A DNA stretch of 64,000 nucleotides, taken from contig NC_086097.1 of NCBI RefSeq assembly GCF_963921235.1, positions 77,006,001-77,070,000 of the forward strand, in the 5' to 3' direction. The notes under the pieces are model-generated. The model did not search any database, was not told the origin of the DNA, and saw nothing but the letters and a program-made list of their open reading frames with translations. Position numbers and translations under genes: made by a program. Positions 1 to 12,769 of the stretch are shown one piece after another (position 1 is the first letter of the stretch; every line of letters begins with the position of its first letter). This DNA is from Mobula hypostoma. Lineage: Eukaryota.

Positions 1-839
1 TTGATGGTGTTTGTTGAGGGAGCATTGATGGTCAGGATACTGCAGAAACATCTTGCACCTCCAGACAGTTTCAAAATACCCTGATGTGTCCGAGAAAAAT
101 GTCTCAATTTCACACCTCATATGAAGCAGCATTCACTTTGTATCACAGTAAAATGTAAATTAAGAACATAACAACCAATTTCTCTGACCCTCCACTCCCT
201 CTGTACCACCACCTTCTTGTATCTGAGCAGTGAATGGACACTAAGTTTAAAGTTTAGTTTCAAAGGAATGTTCATTTTCCTTAGCATAAGTGCTCCCACC
301 CACCCTCCAGCAGAGAGAAACGTGATAATGACCAGGAGACAAGTCTATAAAAACTGGCCAAAGATCTCTCATCAGTCGGTATTGCAACATGTCTAAAAGC
401 AGAAATGAGGCTTAGCTCTAAATGAGTGCATCTCAGTCAAAGAAAAACAAAATGAGAAATGCACGACTGATGCCATACTATAAATGACTAAACACACCAT
501 TTTGCTCCTACGGCAGGCAGAAATATGAACTTTGTTTAAATGCCTGGAAATCTCAAGACATCATGAAGTTGTTGGGAACCCATTCTTATAGTGCCTTAAG
601 CTATTCTTCTGGTTAATATGCTTTCATACGTTGACCAACTCCATCTCTGTTATCCCATGGCTGTACATGCTATTCAGTAACATTATGCATCTCCTGTTTT
701 GCATTGTAGTCAAAAATAATTGCTCTTTCCCCATTATGAAGTCTCATGGACCATTTTGACATCATATTAATTCATTTGTGTTTGTTGAAATTACCTACGT
801 TTGTTTACATACAATTCTGTGACCATTGATGTCTCTCAG

Positions 840-967
840 GTTATTAATAAGTATGGAGACCTTTATGGAGTTGAACGGATTGCAGAGCTCCTGGGTGTGG
901 ACAGAAGTTCTTTAGATTTTAGTCCCATTGAAAAAGCCCCAGATCAAGAAGCAACACTGTTATCCTG
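840..967 (+). CDS. RYR3: Ryanodine receptor 3, internal coding exon (VINKYGDLYGVERIAELLG...LLSW); upstream exons lie outside the window
   Basis: AG acceptor 838-839, GT donor 968. Manual translation matches the RyR3-type VINKYGDLYGxERIAELLG as I recall it. 128 nt, ends in phase 2. Confidence 0.93.
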
Positions 968-2983
968 GTGAGTGAACTTTGAATCCATATTCTTTAACAT
1001 CTTATAGAGAAGAAATCAAAATATAGCTTTAAAATATTTTGATCAAGCTTACAAATTTATGCTGAATTTGATTAGAGCAATATAACTGACTTTCAGCTGA
1101 GCATATTAGTTTCTCATGTGTTCAAACATATTTGTGCAAAGGGGAACTTTGTCTAGAACTATTCAATAATTCGATTTTAAATTAATGTTGGCACTGCCTA
1201 CCCTCTGTTAGTATTTGCTGAAGACTTTAAGTTGATCTTCTATATAGCCTTTGAAAAATTAATTTTATAAGCAGGACATCTGATCAGGTCAAGCCATTGT
1301 GTGTCTGACTAACTGTAAGAATGAAGGAAGAACTATTTATGGACTCTTATTTTGAGGCAGTGACACCCTGTTCTAGACAACCCAGCAGGGTAAACATCAC
1401 TTCATATCCACCCTTCTGGGGAATTTTAACTCATGAACCTTTTTTTGTGCTCCCTTTATTGAAGTTACATCCTCCCCTCATTAGGGAGGCATGACCTGTA
1501 CATAATATTTCCAGATCCAGTTTCACTAGAGTCTGATATAACTAATGTCTTCTTTTAGACTCAAACTGTTAGTAATTAACACCTCCCCAGTTGTTTGTTG
1601 AATTTATATAACTTTCAATGTTTCAGGTTCTTCTGAACATCAAAACCTTTTAATCAATGATTTAATCAGTTTTCCACCTTATTTTTCTTTTCCACTCAAA
1701 GAGGTTGACTTCATGTTTTTCCATATACATTCCACCATCTACATCTTTGCCATTCACTCAGACAGTTCATTTACCAAAAACCACTATATCCCCCTAACAG
1801 CCCATGTGGCCTCTTTAGTATCAACAGCAAAGTTGGATATGCTTCAATTAATCTTATCACTCAACTCATCATTGTGGACTGAATCAGAATAAGTATACTG
1901 TATTTTCACTGACATGTTGTGAGATTTGTTAATTTATGGCAGCAGTACTGTGCAAGGCATAAAATATTACAAAGTCAAAAAATAAATAAATAGTGTGAAA
2001 GAGGAATAGTGAATAGTGTTCATGGACCATTCAGAAGTCTGAAGTTATTCAAAAAACATCGGGTGTAGGTCTTCAGCCTCCTGTACCCTCTCCCGGGGCT
2101 AAGACTCCAACATGGATATCTGTGGCACCCCAAATGGTCATACCCTCAGAATCCTAAAATAGCCTGTGCGTTTTGACTCAATTTTTGTCTATCAGCTAAT
2201 ATTCAACTTATGCCAGCAGCCTTTCAAGTTGTAGTTGGTCAAGGGTTTTATGGACGTACAAATGCACCCCACATGAACTGGTTCGTCTTTATCCATTCTG
2301 CTAGTTATAACTTGCAAAACAAAATTGCAGAAAATTTGTCAACATGAATTATAATGGACAAAAAGATTTATTTAACTGTATTATTGAATCATAGTGCCAT
2401 ACAATATGAACTCATCAGTTCACCTTATCCATACTAACCATAAAGTACTCATCCATACTAACCCTGTTTATCAGCACTTGACCCATGGCGATTCAGTAAT
2501 TATCCAGAGCTTCTGTGAGTACCTGTCTCCACCATCCACTCAGGCAGTGTGTTTAAAATTCCAGCCTCCCTCTGTCTTGTATACCCCAACTAATGAAGGG
2601 CAGTATCCTGTCCAGCTCTTCTGCTTTCTTATCTACCTATGCAATCATTTATATACTGAGGTCTCTCAATTTCCTCAATACTCCCAAGGGACTTACCATT
2701 TGTGAATGTCCTACCCTTGGCAGATCTTCCAAAATGATCTTTTTTTTTCTGATATCCACATACATTGCATGAAATGTTGAGCTAGATATCCTGCATCATA
2801 AATTTGTTCCATAAACAATTCAAACAATGGACAGGTTATCTGTGAGATATCAGGCCAGCACTCTGAAGTCCAACAGCAGCTTTCACTTGTTGGAAAGACC
2901 TCCTTTGGCAGAAAGAAAACTGAGGAAAAAAATCAAGTAGAAACTTCTGATCATTTCAACATTTCATTTTGGTTTAATTGCAG

Positions 2984-3044
2984 GTTGAGTTCCATTGATT
3001 TAAAATATCATATTTGGAAACTTGGAGTTGTGTTCACTGATAAT
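2984..3044 (+). CDS. RYR3: RYR3 coding exon (LSSIDLKYHIWKLGVVFTDN)
   Basis: ttgcag|g ... aat|gtaagt; 61 nt; phase joins the previous and next exons. Confidence 0.95.
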
Positions 3045-3963
3045 GTAAGTACAATCAAAAGCAAGTACTAATTTTATTTAATCTGCTCTCATTTCTATAT
3101 TTAGAGTGTGCATCTTCTCTACCTGAAAATATCAGATTTGTTTGTGCAAATCGTATTGTGATTTCTTTTCATCATATAAAAATGTTCAATGTCAGTATTA
3201 CTGATATGTTCAATCATCCAACAATTTTCTACTTAAATAAGTAATGTATAGTAAGAAACTAAACCTTGCAGCCTGAGTTGGTCGGCTATGTTTCAAAAAA
3301 GTCAGTTTAGAGGAAAGTCCTGAAAGTACACTTAAGTCCTTTACCCTGCATTGATAAATGTACAGGTAGCTTAATTTATGTAATGAAGTAATTCAAGTCG
3401 AATGACACTTTGAAATTTAACTTATGAAGTGCTGCTCAGCCAACCTGCTATTTCTCATCCTTACTCTATTTTCTTACCTCATGCTTTTTCTTCTGTTCCT
3501 TGAACTGTACTTAACAATTTATCCCAATTTGTCTTATTTTGCAAATTCTTTTTCCTAATTTTGTAAGGATTCAACAATGTAGCTCTTGTATCTCATAATT
3601 CTCGAACTGTGGTTCTCAAGCTAGACATCTGCCCGAAACACACAGCTAATGCTGGTGTTTTATCTCTGCCACAGTTTACAGCATTGTAGTGACTTGGACA
3701 AAATGCTTACCATTTTGGATGTGACATTTAGTGTTCAATACATTTGACAAGATATTACAACTATTACCCAGAAAACTAATAAATTAACAGTAAACTAAAG
3801 GTTCTAAAACAATATCACATCAATGATATAATGATTTCTTTAAATGGCTTTTGTCTTAGTTCCAAGAGATTTTCTGCTTCAAATTAAGTTGTTTCAAATG
3901 TAATAACTAACTGTTTCCTAAGGACTTGTAATGCAAATTCTCTATTATAATTTCTATTTGCAG

Positions 3964-4110
3964 TCATTTTTGTATCTGGCTTGGTACACAACCATGTCCA
4001 TTTTGGGTCACTACAACAACTTCTTCTTTGCTGCCCACTTGCTAGATATTGCTATGGGTTTTAAGACATTGCGTACGATATTGTCATCTGTAACGCACAA
4101 TGGGAAACAG
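3964..4110 (+). CDS. RYR3: RYR3 coding exon ([49 protein letters not shown])
   Basis: ttgcag| ... cag|gtgaga; 147 nt; contained in ORF 3931..4149. Confidence 0.96.
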
Positions 4111-4311
4111 GTGAGAATTATAAAACAAAAGCCAAGTTTAATGTCTTAGCATTTTTAATCTTGAATGATCTGAAAAATTATTGTAAAGATTTATGTGAAA
4201 TTAGTAATAGCTTGAAAAAGTAGATCCAAACATTTTGTTTTTTATCATATATTGTAAATAGGATTATAGACTTTGGATAAAATCCACTTTGTCAAACATG
4301 ACATAACTTCA

Positions 4312-4535
4312 AACGCAAACAGGAATTCTGCAGATGCTGGAAATTCAAGCAACACACATCAAAGTTGCTGGTGAACGCAGCAGGCCAGGCAGCATCTGTA
4401 GGAAGAGGTGCAGTCGACATTTCAGGCCGAGACCCTTCGTCAGGACGAAGAGTCTCGGCCTGAAATGTCGACTGCACCTCTTCCTAGAAATGCTGCCTGG
4501 CCTGCTGCGTTCACCAGCAACTTTGATGTGTGTTG
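4312..4535. mobile_element. Palindromic mini-copy of a Penelope-like element 3' end (hammerhead-bearing, Neptune-type family)
   Basis: Inverted arms about 4349-4441 and 4444-4536. 15-bp TSD catgacataacttca at 4297-4311 and 4536-4550. Same sequence as the 3' UTR of the PLE at 50355-51652. Confidence 0.85.
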
Positions 4536-5940
4536 CATGACATAACTTCAGTTGCGTTGAATCAACTATCAATTCTAGATTGATTGACATATGCTTGTTG
4601 GTTTATTCCTCCAGTTTTTTACGAGTGTTATATCCTCCAACTCTCTATTTGATTTATATTTAAGAAAGTTCAAAAGATGATAGTGGTATTTGGCCCATTT
4701 TAGTGTATTGATCTGTAGAGATACTGGTCTCACACCAACCACATCCAACGTTCTGGTAAATTATTCATCTTCCATGCTTAATTAACTGAAACTTTCATCC
4801 ATATTTTCATTGTTCTTCCTGTGAACAAAGTTTCCTGAAACAAAACTTAAGTTTACCAAAATATGATTGCATCCTCAAAAATAAAGAAAATGGGAACCTG
4901 GAGGGAATCCATTTGAATCATCATGCTTATGCTAGGTCACTAGGTATCTTATTATAGCTCTGAAAGTATTTCTCTTTCCAGTGTCTATTTTTTTATTATC
5001 ACAGAATCTACTTCCACCACCGTTTTAAGTTAATGGATAACTGATAAATACTGGCATTGCAGTTGATGTCCATATCCTGTGAACAACTCATTGAAAACCC
5101 AAGCCACTTGTCCTGACATCCCTACCCTCTCACTAATATACTGCACTCACTCAAAAAAAATTATATTGCTCTTTTTGTTTTTCCTGACAATTGTAAAGTA
5201 ATATTTAGTATTTTGTCTATTATTATTTCACTTTCTAAATTTACCTGTATGTCTACCTTCCTGAGGTGTGTTGTTGCATTTCTCATTATTAACTAACTTT
5301 AGTACTCTTGATAAATATTAAAAATATTGAAATTATGCCCTGTATATTCAACCCTTATCATTAATATGTACCATGAAGTGCAAGATTCAATTTTCAGCCT
5401 GGGAGACAGTAGTGCTTATTTAAAGACAAAATTGCTGGAAACTCAGCAGATCAGGCAACATCTGTGGAGAAAGAAACAAAGTTATTTTTTCAGTTTGAAG
5501 TCCTTCATCAGAGCATTAACTGTTTCCACAGAAGCTGTAAGTCTTCTTTATTTTCCTCCAGTTTTAAAAGCTTCTTATCACTACTACCTGCATTTTCATT
5601 TAGTCAGTTTTGTATACAGACTTCTATGGTGTCTACTTCCCACAGCTTAAATTTTCCTAATGCCTTTAAATAAGGATTTCATCAAAATGTCTTCTGTAAA
5701 TTGAATGGTGCAGTATCAACAGCATAATGTTCAACTGCCTATTACCCTGCTTAATCACTCAATCAATGTATCAAGCACAATATGCTTTCAACAAACCTGT
5801 ATTGACAGGCCTGAGAAAAATACCTGCCAGATTTATCACACTTCCTTTCATTCAGAAGTGCTGGATTATTTGCAATCTTCTTGACCTACAGCAATTTCTA
5901 GAGAGAATTGCATGATTGAAGAGATTTAATTTATCCTTTC

Positions 5941-6136
5941 ACGAGGAAATCTGCAGATGCTGGAAATTCAAGCAACACACGTAAAAGTTGCTGGTGAACG
6001 CAGCAGGCCAGGCAGCATCTCTAGGAAGAGGTACAGTCGATGTTTTGGCCCGAGACCTGACGAAGGGTCTCGGCCCGAAATGTCGACTGTACCTCTTCCT
6101 AGAGATGTTGCCTGCCCTGCTACAGTCATAAGCAAT
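5941..6136. mobile_element. Palindromic PLE mini-copy (same family)
   Basis: Inverted arms around 6055. 16-bp TSD tttaatttatcctttc at 5925-5940 and 6137-6152. Confidence 0.82.
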
Positions 6137-6833
6137 TTTAATTTATCCTTTCCATAGTTTTACTTAATTGGTTGTGACCATATTAGATCATCTTATTTCA
6201 AGTCTGAACGGGGGTAAGAATCTGGTGGTGTGGAGTCCACAAAATAGGATATAAAATACATGAGCTGGAGGAATTCCAACTGCCACATTATTGAAACCAG
6301 AACAAGAGGTATTCAGATCTTGAATCTGAAAGAGGCACTAGGTGTGGCTTGATACTCACATAACAAAATCAAGCAGTTCTGATCGCAGCTCAAACATCAA
6401 GAAAATCAATCTTTCTACATCCTACCCACCTGATTTGAATATAACTGCTAAGGTTAATACCAAGTTATTTCTGATGAATTAAATTTACCCAAGTGTAGGT
6501 TAATCTAACAAAATTACTTATACTCCTGCTGGTTTTATGAAGAGCGTAAGTAAGATACTATCTGCAATTTCTGAGTTACATGTCCTCCCCTATCACAGTC
6601 TGTTTTCTTCAGATCTTTGTCACTTCCATCTATTGTTCCCAGTTTCTTCCATCATTCCTCCACCACCTTTGTGAACAGCTATATAACTTGCATTTGTAAT
6701 GTAGACCTTATTCTGGCTCATCAATTAGTGCATTTCCTTTGGTTTGTATAGTACCTGGACAGAATTTGAAAGGTCAGAACTCTTTATTTGGCATTGCACT
6801 ATGTTAAAACTGTTTTTCATTTCTTTCATGTAG

Positions 6834-6977
<144 letters not shown>

Positions 6978-7888
6978 TAATGTACATACCATCACCTTTA
7001 TTTTGCATAATTATACACCTTAATTTTTTTTATTCACAAAAGGAAGGTACTGTCACTACGGCTACTCTGCAGTTGGGAGTTTCTGGATTTTGAACGAGTG
7101 ATGAGAAAGGGCTGACTCCTTATGACCCAAGTAGCACTTTTGGCGTACAGGCTAGGGGGTTGTAACTCACTGTTAGCTCTGTCTTGGTGAATTGCTGCAG
7201 TGAATTTTATCAGTGCTTTAGAATGCACCCATGCTGTGTAGATAATGAGAGTGTGTCAACGTGGGAACTCTGTTTAACATGATGTTTCAAGCTTTGTGTG
7301 TTGTTGAAAAGTACGCTCATCCAGACATGAGTTTTCCAAGACACTCCTGATGTAACATGAAGATGTTGGTAAAGCGTTGGGAAGTGCAGAACTGACCTGC
7401 TGTTAAAGTTGTATATTCACATTGCTGATAGTTATATTTCTGATTTCTGGGATATTAATGAACTGCCTTATCATTTTAACAGTGGTAATGCCTAGAATGT
7501 CAAGAAGTGGGATTGAAGGCACATGTATCGTATCTTTGCTTACACCTGCCTGAGTCTGATCTTAGCTCAGGCCTTGCCACACATTTGTGCAGTTGCTTTT
7601 TTACCTTGGGAATTGTGAATGCAAGTGGTTATCCTGCAATTATCAGCGAGAGCTCACTTTTTGGCATAATTGTGCTGAAATTGCTGTAGAAATGCATTTC
7701 CAGAATCGTGCAAAGCCCAGAAAAGTAAAGTGGGTAATTTAACTGAACACCACAGCAATATCTCACTCAGTTTTGATCCTTAGATCAGCTTAATGTACTT
7801 CGTGCTGCTGAGGCAGAATTCACATTATATAAGTTTGCTTCAAACAGTCACCAGTTTGTTCCTGAGTTATAATAAATATAATTACATA

Positions 7889-10104
7889 CAGTACTGTGCA
7901 AAAATCTTAGGCACATACTGTACCTACAGCAAGCGTGCCTAAGACTTTTGCGCAGTACTGTCTTTGCCAACGTGGAGAAGAACGAGTTTGTAAGTCTGGC
8001 GGGAGCAAAGGATGTTGGGAATAGTGAGGGTGCAGTGCTGGGTGAGGGGTGTGGGACAGGTGGCAGAAGAGGAGTGCTGGGGCAGGGGGTGGTGCGGGTG
8101 CAGACACACCCACCCTTGAGACACCAGGCAAGGTTATTTGATTTCAAACAATTGGTTCATTGATCATTACAGAATGTCCCTCTGGTGTTTCCTGCTCTCT
8201 CCCCTCTCCCTATCCTCTTTCCCACTCTCAGCCCATAATAGAGACCGATATCAGAATCATGCTTATCATCACTCATATATGTCATGAAATGTTTTTTTTG
8301 GGCAGTACAATGCAATACATTAAATTACTACAGTATTGTGTAAAAGTCTTATGCATCATAGAGACATAGAAATCTACAGCACATTGCAGGCTCTTTTGCC
8401 CACAATGTTGTGCCGACCATGTAACCTACTCTAGAAAGTACCTAGAATTATACAGTGGCATGCAGAAGTTTGGGCACCCCTGGTCAAAATTTCTGTTACT
8501 GTGAATAGTTAAGTGAGAAGAAGATGAACCGATCTCCAAAAGTCATAAGTTAAAGATGAAACTTTTTTTTCAACATTTTAAGCAAGATTAGTGTATTATT
8601 TTCGTTTTGTACAAGTTCTGAGTGGAAAAAAAAAAGGAAAGGAGCACTATGCAAAAGTTTGGGCACCCCAAGAGATTTGAGCTCTCAAATAACAAGGTCT
8701 CAGACCTTAAATAGCTTGTTAGGGCTATGGCTTGTTCACAATCATGGTTAGGAAAGGCCAGGTGATGCAAATTTCAAAGCTTTATAAATACCCTGACTCC
8801 TCAAACCTTGTCCCAACAATCAGCAGCCATGGGCTCCTCTAAGCAGCTGCCTAGCACTCTGAAAATTAAAATAAATGATGCCCACAAAGCAGGAGAAGGC
8901 CATAAGAAGATAGCAAAGCGTTTTCAGGTAGCCGTTTCCTCAGTTCGTAATGTAATTAAGAAGTGGCAGTTAACAGGAACGGTGGAGGTCAAGTTAAGGT
9001 CTAGAAGACCAAGAAAACTTTCCGAGAGAACTGCTCGTAGGATTGCTAGAAAGGCAAATCAAAATCCCCGTTTGACTACAAAAGACCTTCAGGAAGATTT
9101 AGCAGAATCTGGAGTGGTGGTGCACTGTTCTACTGTGCAGCAACACCTGCATAAATATGACCTTCATGGAAGAGTCATCAGAAGAAAACCTTTCCTGCAT
9201 CCTCACCACAAAATTCAGCATCAGAAGTTTGCAAAGGAACATCTAAACAAGCCTGATGCATTTTGGAAACAAGTCCTGTGGACTGATGAAGTTAAAATAG
9301 ACCTTTTTGGCTGCAATGAGCAAAGGTATGTTTGGAGAAAAAAGGGTGCAGAATTTCATGAAAAGAACACCTCTCCAACTGTTAAGCACGGGGGTGGATC
9401 AATCATGTTTTGGGCTTGTGTTGCAGCCAGTGGCACGGGGAACATTTCACTGGTAGAGGGAAGAATGAATTCAATTAAATACCAGAAAATTCTGGAAGCA
9501 AACATCACACGGTCTGTAAAAAAAAAAAGCTGAAGATGAAAAGAGGATGGCTTCTACAACAGGATAATGCTCCCAAACCCGCCTCAAAATCCACAATGGA
9601 CTACCTCAAGAGGCGCAAGCTGAAGGTTTTGCCATGGCCCTCACAGTCCCCCGACCGAAAGATCATCAGAAATCTGTGGATAGACCTCAAAAGAGCAGTG
9701 CATGCAAGATGGCCCAAGAATCTCACAGAACCAGAAGCCTTTTGCACGGAAGAATGGGCAAAAATCCCCCAAACAAGAATTGAAAGACTCTTAGCTGGCT
9801 ACAGAAACCGTTTACAAGCTGTGATACTTGCCAAAGGGGGTGTTACTAGGTACTGACCATGCAGGGTGCCCAACCTTTTGCTTTGGGCCCTTTACCTTTT
9901 TTGTTATTTTGAAACTGTAAAAGACGGAATCAAGAAAGTAATCTTGCTTAAAATATTAAAGAAATGTGTAATCTTTAACTTTATGCCTTTTGGAAATCAA
10001 GTCATCTTTTACTCGCTTAGCTATTCACAGTAACAGAAATTTTGACCGGGGTGCCCAAACGTTTGCACACCACTGTATATGCCTCACACTTTTGCACAGT
10101 ACTG
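7889..10104. mobile_element. Non-autonomous Tc1/mariner-type composite element with four TIR copies (hosts the Tc1 below)
   Basis: TA|cagtactgtgcaaaaatcttaggcac at 7889; inverted copy ending 7960; third copy at 8331; inverted copy ending 10104|TA. Confidence 0.7.
8453..10075 (+). mobile_element. Tc1 (DD34E-type, IR/DR) DNA transposon, full length, defective transposase
   Basis: TA TSDs at 8451-8452 and 10076-10077. TIRs cagtgg...tttgggcacccc with internal DRs near 8651 and 9864. Transposase 8829-9856 (WTDE, QQDN) with a frameshift in the A-run near 9520; expected IENLW reads IRNLW. Confidence 0.93.
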
Positions 10105-10652
10105 TATTTCATATACAGATCCTGTATGTAACATAGTTTATTGTCCAGATGTTATCCCCAATCATGTTAAATTTTGTTTTGTTTCTGATGCCACTATTGT
10201 ACCATCCACTTTCAGTATCATATTATTTAGTTATAATTCTCTTTTATTAGCACTTAGTATCATTAAGTATATATTTTCAATTTCCTCTCCCTCCATTTCC
10301 ACATGGAGTTTTAGATGGGATATAATTCAAAACCTACAAGCAACCTTGCGTTATCTTCCATCTCTGCGATCATCTGCAAACCATGAATTAATCACATGGG
10401 GATATTCAAACACATGCTCATATCTCATAATGTAGGAACACTTGCTGACTTCCACATATCCAACCCAGGAATGGTAAAACAGGCAACAGAATACTTAATG
10501 GACCTTGAAACTGCAGCACTGATTCAAAGAATGACTCACTTTTTGCCATTCTGACTTAATTCAATGCTCCCTACCTTTACAACACATTTAAGTCTTTGTC
10601 AATGCAGACAAACACCAACAAGATTATGGCAATGTTCTTTTTTTCATTTCAG

Positions 10653-10809
10653 TGCTATTTGTTCCACATGTATGTGGGTGTAAGAGCTGGAGGTGGCATT
10701 GGAGATGAAATTGAAGACCCTGCTGGTGATCCTTCAGAAATGTACCGAATCATCTTTGACATCACATTCTTCTTCTTTGTCATTGTCATCCTACTAGCCA
10801 TTATTCAGG
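10653..10809 (+). CDS. RYR3: RYR3 pore exon ([53 protein letters not shown])
   Basis: tttcag| ... cagg|gtatgt; 157 nt; GGGIGD selectivity filter plus the inner helix. Confidence 0.97.
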
Positions 10810-11606
10810 GTATGTTTTCTTATTACAAGGAAAACTTGAGAAAGAATTTGTTTTCAATAATCACTTCATGGAAGAGTTGTCTGATCAGTTTTATTCACTC
10901 TTCACCTTTGCACAGAGTTGCATCAAATTTCTACCATGGTTCCTTATTTTTAAATATCCAGCATATAATGTAACATTCCCAGCATACACTTGGACTCCTT
11001 TGGCGGTGCTGGTCTACTTGTCATAGAGGAAACAGGAACACTGAGAAAAGTTCAAAAATATATGTGAAAATGACAGTAGAAATGGGGGATGGGGGTGGGA
11101 TGATTGGGCTTTGCTCTTCTCTCTGGAAAAGACTGGGATTTCCTGTTAGTTGTTTTAAAGAGTATTCCAGTTCAAAGGTTTCTAAATTACAAAGATACAA
11201 AAGTGACTGCAGGTTCTGGAAATCTGGAGAAACACAAAATGCTTGAGCAGGTCAGGCAGCATCTATGGACAGAAATATTATAATCAGTCAAAGTTTTGGA
11301 TCAAGACCCATCATCGAGGCTGAAATTACAAAGAGATTTTGTACAGATTGTGCCCATCAAAATGGGTCCAACATGTTAATGAAGATATTATCTCAATTAA
11401 TTGTGACAGTTAATTCTGTGCTTTGAGCAAACCACTTGGTATCAGACAATGTCTATTAACGTTAAGTCAAATTTCATTTGATTTTGGTGACAAAATGTTG
11501 CCTCTTCTCACGAACATGTAATTTCTGCATTTGAATGAGTGTATGGTATTAGTGCCATGTAATCCATAAACAGCCAGTAAATTGCTTATGCTATGACTTT
11601 CTGTGA

Positions 11607-11720
<114 letters not shown>

Positions 11721-12092
11721 TGATGTTTATTTCCTTCTCCCATTCTTCCACTCATTTCCCTGTACCTATTGTCTCTCAACAAATCTCTGCACTTCTCCTA
11801 TGATTAATTTATCCTTTACTCAGGGTAAATTAAGTGTGTAAACTGACCAAGCCTTTGGGATGTGGAAGAAAGCCAGAGCAGGTGACGGAAACTGGAAGAA
11901 TGCACAACCAAACAGTACCAGAGGGCAAGATTAATTCTGGGTTAATTATACAAATATGCTATCAACCAAAAAGTAAAAAAAAAGTCCTCAGAAAGTGAAG
12001 AAATGGTACATATTAATAATGATGTAAAGGAGATAAGACAATCATTGTCAATAATGACTTGAATCAATGATTGCTTTTTCATTCTGTCCCAG

Positions 12093-12193
12093 ACCAAATG
12101 CTTTATTTGCGGGATTGGCAATGACTACTTTGACACAACACCGCATGGTTTTGAGAAACATACTTTGCAAGAGCACAACCTTGCAAACTATCT
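12093..12193 (+). CDS. RYR3: RYR3 coding exon with C-terminal Zn-binding residues ([34 protein letters not shown])
   Basis: tcccag| ... tatct|gtgagt; 101 nt. Confidence 0.96.
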
Positions 12194-12769
12194 GTGAGTA
12201 TGAATGCTGTGTTTGTATTATATTAAATATTTCTGTAAAGATAACAAAGTCACATGAAGGAGAGATAGCCAGTCTTCCTCTGAGGAAGGGAAACCTGTCA
12301 GAAAAAATCCAATAACTCAAGTTTCAAGTATAAACTATTTAAAGAAAACTAAATAAATAACTGCTTGGGGAATAATAGCCCAAATTTTGATGGGTTTTGC
12401 TTGCAGTCCCAAACTAAATCTAGTATTTTTCTTGGTTGTTCACCTCCAACTGACTCCAAAAACAGGATATGAACTTTATACAATCTAAATAAAATACAGC
12501 CATACTGATTGTATAAATTCAGTTCAGGCCATTCAACTGAATGTTTGGCTATGAGGGGAAAAAAAAAAGCATAGTTTTTTTTAATGGGTCTGCCATCATA
12601 TCATTCTTTCTAGTGATTATTAAAATAGATTGAAACTAAGTAAAAATAATTTCATAAATGTCTTTGTATGTCAGGAATGGAGTCTTTCTATGATTTGAAT
12701 TTTTCAGAGAAAATTCAGTAGAATAAAGATCACATAAATACAAAAGCTCCCAAAGCCTGTATCAGGCAA

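Noticed and set aside
4292..4590. Recurring short ORFs such as MLEIQATHIKVAGERSRPGSI and MQSTFQAETL (also near 5957, 33889, 34005, 54987) that look like a small-protein family
   Set aside because: They are incidental translations of the non-coding PLE 3' repeat on both strands of palindromes.
4312..6136. Palindromic repeats read as CRISPR repeats, REP elements or MITEs
   Set aside because: There is no spacer array and the context is a eukaryotic intron. The TSDs are long and variable, and the sequence derives from a retroelement 3' UTR.
10596..10973. 125-aa ORF (and ORFs 3931..4149, 23859..24107, 35875..36165) as stand-alone genes
   Set aside because: Each is an RYR3 or AVEN exon plus read-through into the flanking intron.
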